Shown here one piece after another: positions 12,016 to 23,150 of a stretch of DNA of 64,000 nt. The translations under genes were made by a program, and so were the position numbers. The notes beneath the pieces are model-generated. The model was given only the letters and a program-made list of their open reading frames with translations, was not told the DNA's origin and ran no database searches. Origin of the DNA: Okamejei kenojei (Eukaryota); assembly GCA_035221665.1 (NCBI GenBank), contig CM069146.1, positions 39,680,001-39,744,000 of the forward strand. The letters are read 5' to 3'. Numbering within the stretch: position 1 is the first letter of the stretch; the number at the start of each line of letters is the position of its first letter.

Positions 12016-12651
12016 AATTGGTGGAATGTAACACAATGCTGAATCCTACTCATAACGACACATATGCCTGATGCCTTTACTTAACTGATCCACCTCTTTC
12101 TCCGTTAATCTCTCATGCCTTCCGCCCAAATACAGGCCTTCCCGTTTTGTTTGTTTTTCTCATCCCCCCCCCTTTTTGATGCAAATTACAACTGGTTTTC
12201 TTTCTAACATTGCCGCACAGTGGAGTCACATGTTGTGGAGGGATCAACAGTGGAGTCAGCCTTGATGCAGATCCATGGGTCATGGCCTAAACATTCTCAG
12301 ATGGAACCTTAACTTGGAACCACACATGGTCTTTGAACTATTAACACTTTCTCTGCTGTTTTTTTTTTAAATTTAAACTGAAATATGCACAAATGACAGA
12401 TTCAAATAGCATCATATGTTCAAAACATTGTATGAACATGGAATATCACATTTCAAGTAATTTGGTTTGATTTATCACTCGGAATGACAATTGTGTTTTT
12501 AAGGAGATTTGAGGGTAAGTTTTAATACATAGCGAATGATTGATATCTGGAATGCTTTGCCAGAGAAGGCACTGAAGGACACGTTCCTAATGTGGGAACA
12601 TGGTTTTTAGTGTGGAGAGAAACAATGGTCAGCATACTGTAGATGTGTTTA

Positions 12652-12855
12652 AAAGATATATCATGGAAACACGCCCATCGGCTCACCAAGTCTGCACTGA
12701 CCAATGATTCCCCAATCTAGTTCTATGTTATCCCCACTTTCTCATCGGTCACAGGGAGAACCTGCAAACTCCACTCAGAAGCACCTGAGGTCAGGATTGA
12801 ACCTGGGTCTCTGACGCTATGAGGCAGCAGTTCAACTAGCTGTTGCCACTGTGCC
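12652..12855 (-). mobile_element. HE1-like SINE with internal deletion
   Basis: Reverse complement of GGCACAGTGGCAACAGCTAGTTGAACTGCTGCC...CCCAGGTTCAATCCTGAC. Confidence 0.7.
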
Positions 12856-13614
12856 TTTCTACAGCGGCTCTGTGGTGAGCTGAATGTCCCGTTTCTGTGC
12901 TCCACTGCACTACAACCTCACAGAATGGGATGGAGAAGCAGATTACGTTGATCAAAAATGGGTTCATAATGGGTTAATAGGTTCATATCCCTTCATTGGC
13001 ATAAGTTTATTTAAATTCATTTTTTATTTTGATTGGTTTCCAAATATACTTCACTGTGATTAATAGCTGAAATCAATCCAATTTGCAACAAATTATAATT
13101 AAATCTTGTTGCGTCAGCATTGATGTGGTCACAGCTAGCTGGATGAAGAATTTGGAGAATACTGCAGTTTTGAGTTTAATTTACTCAATTTTATTGAATG
13201 TATCATTTATAAATTGAACTTTATACATTTTTGCTTTGCAATATGAAATCACATTAATCTATTTTTTGGTTGCACCATTTGCAGTGGTTATGTTTCTCTT
13301 TCATTCATGACAACAGCATTACATTTTTGATTGCCCCATCAAATTGCATGGAGGACATGAAAATCTATTTTGTTGAAAATATTCAAAGGATATCTCATAG
13401 GATGCAAAATTGGATTTTGGTGGAAACCAGACACGAGTCACCAGCATATTAACTCTTGCCATTTGACCTGGTATGGAATATAACTCAAAATTTATGCTGC
13501 ATCCTCATGATTGGTGCTAAACTCACTCTTTAGTAATAACCACGGCACATTATTTCAGGAGTTCACCAGTTCAGAATGGTTACTGCTGATAGAACCCGTG
13601 CTTGTATTTCTTAG

Positions 13615-13845
13615 GGATCGATACAAAATGCAGGTGTAACTCAGCGGTTCAGGCAGCATCTCTGGAAAGAAGGATGGGTGATGGTTTCGGGGTCCCCACG
13701 AGACCCTTCAAAAAGTCTGAAGAAGAGTCTCAACCAAAAGTCACTCATTCTTTCTCTCCAGAGATGCTGCCTGAACCCCACTGAGTTACTCCAGAATTTT
13801 GTGTCTATCTTCAGTGTAAACCAGAATTTGCAGTTCCTTCCTAGA
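13615..13845. mobile_element. Penelope-derived repeat, two fragments in inverted arrangement
   Basis: GTAACTCAGCGGTTCAGGCAGCATCTCTGGA (13636-13666) is the reverse complement of TCCAGAGATGCTGCCTGAACC...CTGAGTTAC (~13757-13789). Confidence 0.65.
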
Positions 13846-16149
13846 CATCGGTATCATTTTTTGAGGCCTTGGCAGCGTGACGAAAAAATAGGCTATGAGT
13901 ATACACCCCGACTTTCAGAAGCTGTTCACGAGCCCTTTGTGGATGGTAGTATAATCAACTGGCAGGAATTAAGGTGTATGAGAGGGATCAGAAGCCAAGC
14001 TGCTACAAGAAATGTAATGATCTTGTGTCAAGCTCAGTGAATGTATCCTACATCCTACAGCTGAGCATATACCATGGCAGGTATTTCACCTAAACAAACT
14101 GCAGAACTCTTGATGCAATTTAACTTCTCTTTTATGGGGAGTGCAAGCACTTGGCATTGGCAGTGCCTAGTCTGAGCATTAAGCCGGAGCTGACAAGTCT
14201 CACGTTCTGGAGGAACTGAGATATTTCAGTTTATACGTTTGTCTTGCATCGCCAGCATGGCCATCGCACTCACACACTGTGGACAGCACCATAGGTGGAG
14301 TCCCCTCGCCCCCAAGATACAGCTGGTATAAGCATGCACATTTACCTGTGGCAACCATTCTCCACCCACCCTACTCCCAAATCCTTCCACTGACCACCAA
14401 CCACTTTTTGTGGCTTTCTCTTTAGCCAAGAACCCCTAACTGGCTCGTCAGTAATGTCTGACCAGCAAGGGAGTGGTGATCATCACTCATCACTCAACAT
14501 GTCCTTTAAATCTCTACCAGGCTTTTGTGAATTAGCAATTTGTGTGTTGTGGAGCTATAGCGGTAGAGTTGGGGTTAGAGTTGGGATTTAACACACGTTG
14601 GATCAATAGGTATCAGTTGGTCTGTGACAGGTTGGGTGAATGATGGGCAGCACCATGGTGTTGAACCCAGAGAGTAGTATGATGGTAAAATAATAATGTT
14701 CTGTCTGGGGTAGTAAGGCAAATTTTCATAATAGTAGCAACAGCAAAATAGAGCTTGATGAAAGGCTTTGTTTATTAGCATATCTGTCAGAATAACATGT
14801 AGAGATGCTTCAGGGGACGAAAGAGTGTAGCACCAATCTTGCCTAGAGCTTTGTCTAATAGGCAAAGCTCATTCACCTACAGGTATGGTACGCTATGATC
14901 TCCTCTCACTGCTAGACCACGTGCCCTGTCCATCCGACAGTTCAGATGGCCATCGCTGATAGTGATAAGTGACAAACTTAGATTGCCCAAATGCAACATC
15001 ATGTGTTGATGATCCACCTTCTTGAGCACATTTTTTAAATAACAAAAAAATAAAATAATTTAAGCGCCACTTTTAAGTAATTATAAAAAGCATTAAAACA
15101 AAGCAATTAAAAACAATGTGACTGATCCTATTCCTAACTATCCTCCCGACTGATTCATGATGATTCTGCAAGGCGGTCTCATCTCTGGTGCATGATCGTG
15201 GAGCAGATTTCAGCATCTTCCCCTCCGGAGCAGACCTCATCAGCATATACGGGGACTATGCATTAACATGGGAGTCCACAACTGGCAAGCATTTTCATGA
15301 GGTGTAAAATGTCAGCAAACGCCTCCTTGTGGGAAAAAAAAACCCAGCAAAAATCTTAGGTTAATATGTTTCTGGAAACAAAAAAGATTTATGGCAAGAT
15401 GAACATAGCACGTGGAAAACCTACACCTGCACAGGAAACAGGCCCTTTGGCCCGTCACAATGTCTGTGGTCAAACATGATTATCCAAAACAACCGAAAAC
15501 AATGTTAGCTACCTGTCGACATAATCCATATCCCTTCTTCTCTGCTAAGTCTATGTGCTTTGTAAAAGCATCATAAAACACCAAATCGTATCTGCCTCCA
15601 CACCAGCCAGGGAATGTGTTGTGCAGGCTCTGGGTCCTGCACTCATCTCCCTTTCACCTTTAAAGCTATGAGTCATCTTGTCTTTGACACCTATGATGAG
15701 ACAATAGGTTGATGGGGTGATTTGAGCAAATGCAAACAACTTGTTATCTAAGAGCCTTATAATAGAAAATGATCTAATTCAAAAATGCTTTAATCACTAT
15801 TTAAACATTATTCATTGAACTGTATGGTGGATTGAATATTGACAGAATCAGCAGAAACTGCTATGCAAATTAAATCGTTTCATACATGGGGACAAAAGTT
15901 AATATCCTTTAGGAAGTCACTAGGCACAGCCACCTACCAAAGCCTTGGGAATTATGCACAAAAAAAACTCTGGTTCGTTGCATCTTAGAAATGTAGGATT
16001 ATGCAATTCGTTATTCACAATCCTGATATTCTGCTTGTTGGTTTTGATCACGCAGCAAAACATTATTTGCCAGAATGATGTTCATCGTAATTGCAATTCA
16101 TATTATCTCAGATGAAATTGGTTTCATTACTCAGAAAAAAAAAAACAGG

Positions 16150-19100
16150 CTGCTGATCACCTCAAAGCATTTTAAAGATTGCGATGCTGTAGAACTATTC
16201 ACATTGGAATACCTAAATTAAGCATTATGAGCCAGAAATCCCAAAAGTTTATACATTTTCAGCTTAATGCTGATGCAATTGGCAAGTCGCAACGACCCTT
16301 TCTCCATCATTATAACTGCAATATTTGGGCCAATAACTCAAAAGTAGGAGCAATTTTGTATTTTATACAATATGTCTGGGGGGAAAATTTTGCCATCAAC
16401 ATTAATTTAGCAATCTTTTCTTTTGCTATGTCTTTTTGGATTACGAGGTTTCAAATCTCAAACTCACACATGACAAGCCATGCCTCATTTGCATTTTTTA
16501 TTTGTGCATCACAATTATTGTATAAACAGTAATGGATTTAACAATCCTTAAGCACGTATTGTACTTTAAATGCATGAGAAGGTTTTTGCTTAATTGAGTC
16601 ACATAGGAAACGTCTTAGTATATCTTTCTATCTTCAACCATAGACAACTCTTAATTTGCACAAAAAGGTTTTAATACTTTGTTGGAGTGGCCCTTGACTC
16701 ACTAAAAATTACTGGTATCATTGCTAGAAATGCGCATACAAAATATCATTTGTGAGAGTGGCAAAGGATACGCTCAGGGCCTAAGTTTCTCACTGATTAC
16801 ACTATTGCCGGCCCACAGAAATCAATATTGTGCAGTTTGAACAGTTATGCCTTTAGGTAGATGTCTGTAAAGAAATAAGAATTGGGTGGCAAATCAAGAT
16901 TATTTTAGTCTTTCTTGTAAATGATGAAGACGGGGTGTATAAAAGGATGCATGCCCACGGGGTGCATGGCATTTCTGTTGTGTTTATCAGGACCACTGGA
17001 ATTATCCTCTTAGGAACTGAGCTTAAGAACCAATAGTCCTCTTCCTTCCTCTTCGTGTCAAGGGTTCTTTGTCTCATCCTGCTCTACAATGTCCCTTTGT
17101 TAGAATTATAATTAATTTCAGACGGGATTTCTCAACGGCTGTTGCGAGGGCGTGTTGGGGTGAATAGATGTTTCTTCTTTTACATGTTCACTCTGTATTA
17201 TACGTCACACTGCAGTGACATGCATATTACCACAAGAGACTAGCTAACATCACATTTATTGCGCTCGTACAAATATTTCCTATGTATTAAATGTTGTGAA
17301 AATCATAGATGATAGCTAGGATATAGTTTAATACTTTTTGATCTGTAACTGTTTACCGTTCCTTTGATTCGATGTGATTTAACTTGGGTTGGAACTGTGT
17401 GTTTACTTTCAAAATGGCAGACAAGATTTTATGCTTAAGGTTATTTAACTATCGGACAAAGTGGCGAGCTGGAATTTCCCCACGGCTTTGAAGCTGACCA
17501 TCAGGTTTTGCTACAACATATTTCATTGAGGCTTCCTTTTAGGATTGATTTTGATCAGGAGTGATCATTCAATAGTGAAGTTGGGACAGGAGTCGTTTCT
17601 ACTGTGGCATGTGTGCCAGTCAAGCCACCGGCGGGAGCCCACCTCATATACTTCCAGTATTTGTCCAGAGTTATTATTTTGAACTGATAAAATCGCCAGT
17701 TGTCAGTCGTATAGTTATTTGGCTCTGTGCTTCATATAATGGCATCGTTGCTCTCACCAAAATCTGTTTCAGGCATAATGCCAACAAATCCAAAAATCAC
17801 TATGAAGTATTAGCGTGTGATCGAGTTCGCAAGTTTGAAGATAAATTTTCTCTCTTTTCGCTCAAATGGAACTTTTGGCCCCACTCAGAGTGACCTTCCT
17901 TGTTGATCAGTCACATACCCTCCCAGTCTATTGCCTTTCAGGCTGCCTTTTCCCCGTTGTATATGCTTTTGAAACCTAGCAGTTTAATGCCAAATCGTGG
18001 TACAGATTTCAGAATGAAGCTCATTGCATCACCAACTGCAAGGTAAATAGCTGGAATATGTGTTGGAAAAGCACACATTTCTTTTTTGTCGACGCTGCAC
18101 CATAATTTGGGAAGGTTTCGGGCATCCTTTGTATTCAATCAACATTTGATTGACATCTGACCAGCTTTGCAGGGCAGTACTTCTTATTGGTCTACTAGGA
18201 CATGATACTAAACTGCCCAGGGAGATGGGACTCAATGATGAAAAGTCGTCATCTCGCACCTGGATCAAGTTCTGATTGCTTTAACATTGACAGCTCCTTC
18301 ACCAGAAGGAACTCTCCATCGCACATCTTTCAGGACAGATCATCCCATCCTGCTTTATCTGTTAGATGATATAGGTCTTGTGCGATGATTGTCAGGCTCA
18401 GGTGTTCCATTAAATGCAATGAAACTTCCATCCTGTGCCTAATGGCATATATTTTCTAGCTTTGGATGTCACAAGTATGCGTCATTACACAATCAGAGCA
18501 CCCAGGTGTGTGCACTGTCACAAACACATTGTTGTTTTTTTTAATGTTTCACGCGGATGATGAAACTATCGCTGCTGGTGGTTGAACATGTTCTGGACAC
18601 TAGGTTATGATTATGTACTAGTGAGGCACCGCCACTTCTCCGCTTGCTCCGAGGATTGCCTGGGCAAAGCATGGTGATGTTGTCCTGGTTTCTCCTAAGA
18701 TACCGTTTGAAGGCTGCCTGACTGAAAGGAAACTCTATCCATCTGGAAGCTGAAGCTCATGATGAACCATACCAAATTTTCCCGGATTGGGGGGTGCGAA
18801 CCTCCTGATCACAGGTGACCTGCCATCCTTGTCTGCAGCAATGTACTATTAAAGGAACTTTTTAATATGTCACCAAGGGGAGTCCTCCCTGGTGAACTCC
18901 CGATGGTCCATATTGATGCCTGTTCAGTGAGCGGAACTGTTGAATTCACTTTGTAGTTGAAGACCTCTCCGGATCAAGTATTTTTGGGGCTGAATTAATT
19001 AGGCCAAAAGGATAGTACTTTAAATGCACATTTCCACGCTCGCTCACCTCTATACATTAATATGCAACCTGTCTCCAACAGCCTTGGCCAGGTAGCTGTT

Positions 19101-19800
19101 TTTCAACATTCCAATGACAGTCATTCGTCATATGCCCTAGCAATCGCTTAGTGGACATAGCAGTGATCAGAAAGATTCATGAACTTTTTCGCAATCACCA
19201 TGTTAGGCGATGCCTTCAACTTATCTTTTAATACCAAAACGTCTATATTTGTTCCTTTAGGACCGAAAATTATGATTTTTTTTTTCCTGAGTTCTATGCA
19301 AATGAAATGCGTGTTACTGCATTATTCGTTATTACTATTTCAAATATACACTTCGCTTCTCACGGTGATTGACTGCTTTAATGCTATCTGACATTATTAA
19401 TTCTATTTGCAATCCATGCTTATTATTAATGCGAAAAAGTATGACATTCCTTGTCTTGCAGCGTTAAAGAAAATCCGTGCACTAAATCTAAAAAATAAGT
19501 GTTGTCATGCGTTAAAAGCATGACAACACGGCATCATATGCCTGATGCTATAGCTACTGATTGATACCTTTATCCTAATCTTCTTATTATTAATCACCTG
19601 CTTTTTTTCTTGGCACTGTGGACTCTTACTATGTGGTAGGAACAATGAAGGATTCAATTTTTCCTCATCAGACGTCTGCTGGATCTGCAAGAGTTGCCCC
19701 CCATGCAAAATTGTGTGTCCTACAGATTCCACATTTCAGCCTGTCTCATCGATATACTATTTTTTATTTAATCCAGACTTCGATTAGCACCATCCATTGC
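16150..19800 (-). pseudogene. env: Highly decayed foamy-virus-like (spumaretroviral) env remnant (LP-SU-TM)
   Basis: Minus-strand translation across frameshifts gives furin sites REKR|SV (19364-19353) and RRQKR|NV (18094-18080), ~424 codons apart. These are followed in order by AIYLAVGDAMSFILKSV/HDLAL, KAIDWEGM, HLSE/ERKFIFKLANSI, NYTTDNWRFYQ, AGGLTGTHATV, KPWGNSSSPLCPIV and KEEDYWFLSS...PVVLINTTEMPC, matching the foamy TM ectodomain motif order as recalled. The ends are approximate; support is best for 17440-18100. Confidence 0.7.
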
Positions 19801-19835
19801 CAATATTGGGATGATGGTGCTCCTTTGATTGTGCA

Positions 19836-20480
19836 TTAATGCATAGAATGCGAAATATGACTTAGGGATAGGTATTGCTTTCTATACAGGATTTGATACA
19901 GAGCTATTTGTAGATGAGTGCGCAGGAAGGGCTGCACATATTCTGCAGGTGTCGCTACAGCCAAGCGTGGTGGGCAGAAGACGTGGATTGCAAGTTCTTT
20001 GTTTGATAGATAGGTACGGGAAGAGGTGCATAAGATAATTAGAGGAAGATGGTTGTGTGGAGGATGTAGATCTGAGGATGGTGGTAATGGATTATGGGGG
20101 GGAAGATGGAGGAGTGGTTTGCTGTAATTGTGGGCCCAAGGAAGAACTCCTTTAAAATAATGCCAATCTATGTGTTGTAGCAATTTTTCAGCGGGCCCAC
20201 TGGGGTGAGTGACAACATTTTTATTTAATATAGTCAGCTTTGCACATTCAAGCCAACACACCTCTTTTTTTATTTTCAAATGCAAAGGAGCTCGCACTTG
20301 CTTCAAATCATAGCCTCCAAATGCTTCCTGCTTGACTTTAACAAATAGTATAGGTGTTTGTCTGCACAACTGTGTAGGAAACAAGTGCTGCTGGCAACAG
20401 CACATCTTTAGGTCAGCCTGATTAACTTGTTTTGCAAAAAGTGCTATCCTGTCATCAAATAATTTTTCTTGCTGCACCAA
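19836..20480 (-). pseudogene. Possible retroviral integrase C-terminal remnant upstream of the env remnant
   Basis: A 214-codon open frame in the same orientation, directly 5' of env. Only weak resemblance (QVNQADLKM...QHLFPTQL...EAFGGYDL) to the segment after the integrase catalytic E; includes a Pro/His-rich tract. No DDE core recognised. Confidence 0.3.
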
Positions 20481-20769
20481 GTAACACTTTTTCAGAAATG
20501 GTGGAAGGAATTTAAGTAAATACTGATAATATTACTTTAGCAAGTGGAATTACATGTGAATAAGTGCTGAAATAGATAGTGAGAGAGGTAAGAGCAATTG
20601 TAACTGTTTGATGGATTCAACTTAATGGACTATGTTGTTACTGGTGACATGATTATGTTGACATACAAAGAAACATTCAATCCTCATTTGAGTGATTGGT
20701 GTGATGTTTTGGTAAGATGGACCCCCTACCTGTGCCCACCTTCGACTATCTCCGGAGAACTGCTAACTC

Positions 20770-20860
20770 CCATCTCAGTGTAAGCACCCGAGGCAATATT
20801 GAACCAGGGTTCTCTGGAGTCATGAGGCAGCTAGTTTATTATCTGGCCACTGCTGCTGCC
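20770..20860 (-). mobile_element. HE1-like SINE head fragment
   Basis: Reverse complement of GGGCAGCAGCAGTGGCCAG...CTGCCTCATGACTCCAGAGAACCCTGGTTCAAT. Confidence 0.5.
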
Positions 20861-22779
20861 CTAGAAGGTGGACAAAAATCTGGGGAGTTGATGAGAAAGT
20901 GGGGGAATAAAATGGGTTTAAGGGCATTTGAATGCAAAGAGATCACCCTCAATATGATTATTCCAACCATGCAACATCAGATGAAAACATGTATGAGCAT
21001 TTTCGGTACCAACCCTGGCATCGTACTTAGAAGAAAGTATTCGATCAACTAGCACATGCTTACCCTGGGAACTCAAATATTCATAAAAACTTATATCCAA
21101 AATTTGTAAGAGGGAAAGTAAAGATTAATTATCAGCTACTTAATCAAGCAGAATTTACCATCTTAAGCTAATGAGCCTTTTTGTGTGACTTATTATCAAC
21201 CAATGTTGTCATACCAGTTAGAGCCATTTGAGGTTCAAGATGAGTTAAATGCATATGAATATGTAAAAATCTGCAGGTTACAAACATAATCCAATGACAT
21301 CACTTCAGCATTCTGGCCACACAGAAAGCGCTCTCCTTATTTCCCTAATAGAAAGGATCCAGACATCATAAAGCATGAGACATACCAATTTGTGGTTGTG
21401 TTATGATGTTTGAAAAGTTAATTCAATAATCATTTTCATTCATTCAATTATTTATGCAGTGCATCAAGTCAAGCTTCGTTTTGCATGTTATACACTGGCA
21501 GAGATGTTTATAGAATGAAAAAAAGCTAATTTGCCCAGGCATCCAAAGCATTAAGGCAAACTAAAGTTAATTGGAGTTATGTAGTTCTCAATCTAATTTT
21601 ATTTACATCACAGTTAATTACCTGCTCTCAGCCGACCCACTGTGGTGTGGGCAGTAGAGCACAGATGAATTCCCACAAAGAGTGAGAAATGAAGATTATG
21701 CGAAGTTTTCCAGGTATTACTCAAATTGGTGTCATACGCTGTTATCCTTTGTCAAAGGATAGATCACATTCTGTAATAAGAGTGGCTGGCACCATGTTGT
21801 GACCAGGTGTACATGGGGTTGAAACAGAGGAATATTGTGATACTTGTTGCTTACAGAATTAATTGAGAAAGACAAGAAAATGTTTAGAGTGCGCCCGCAG
21901 AACATTCAACTGTGACTGCTGATCCGCCTCTTCTTGCTTCTTTCTAGACTTCCTATCTGTGTTTGTGCCTCCTAGCCCTCACCAATCGTGATCTCCCGCT
22001 ACACCGTGATAACAAGGCACCACCCGTTTCCGCCAATTGGGGAAAACATCCCCACCATACCTCGGCCAATTTCTTTTCCCCCCTTAACGGCACAGTGATT
22101 CTGACGACTCACCTTCAAGGATATGGAATTATGGATCAAGAAAATAAGCAGCCAGGCAGCAGAAAGGAAGAAGGAATCAATGGTGTAGATGAATTCTGTG
22201 ACAATTTGGGATACACCAGTCAAATTAATAAGTGGGGAAACAGAGATGTGGATCAAGAGAGAGGATAAAAATGGGAGAATAGAGTGAAAAGTAGCCAAAA
22301 AGAGTAGAATTCAAAAGAAAATATTCAATTTTCAAAAGTCAACACCAAGTACCGCTTGATTGTAATTACACAAAGACACCTGAAGCAACTGGCTTCCTGG
22401 CATCTAAATACAGCAGAACAAGAATAGCCTCTCATTTGCTACAACCTTATCAACATACAAGACAGAAGCAATGGGAGACAGGTAGATAAAAGGCCAAGGA
22501 GCTGCAGACTGATTGTAAATTCTTCTCTTCCTTGTCTTCTTCCATGAACTGCTCTTTGCTTGGTGTAAGAACAGATCATAAAATTTCAGGATAATCCTAT
22601 TGTGATGAGCCTTTACCGTTCAGAATGCTAACTACAATATTTTGTCAAAGATGACCAACCAATGCCTTTACTCTGGTGCTAGCCGATAAATTCAACGTGT
22701 TAAGGGCCAGCGAGACCCCAGCCTAACGATGAACCATGCAAATTAGATCTTATTGGTATGGAGAGGAGGTGACGGTAAA

Positions 22780-23150
22780 GTAGATTGCTGGTGGGTGGGT
22801 GCTGAGTGGTGCTTCTTAAAAGGAATAAACTTGTTGATAGGTCATGTGGTGAGTCCAATCCTTTCATGACCAAAACTAGACAAAAAGGATTGTAATTAGC
22901 CCGTGAAAAGTTAAGATTGGTTGGTTGATAGATGAAAGAAGATCAGGAAGTTTTCAGCCTTCTGAAGGGTTTGGCCCGATGCTCCAATTTATACACTTCT
23001 ATCATAGGCTTGCCTCCTGAGTATCCACATATTATCATGCATGGGTACGTCGATGGTTTGCAGATAATGCAGCATCTAAGGGGAATTATTTTGGATGAGG
23101 AAGCGCTAGGTTTTAGGTGGAGAGGATATTGTCTCCCTCCACACGAGACC
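22780..23150 (+). pseudogene. Very degenerate reverse-transcriptase core remnant (class unresolved, DIRS/LTR-like)
   Basis: Motifs in RT order: LKRNKLV; MTK/LDKKDCN*PV (cf. KLDLKDAY..PV); FSLLKGLARCSNLYT (cf. F..LP.GL..SP..FT); GYVDGL (cf. YVDD); EALGF. Confidence 0.4.
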
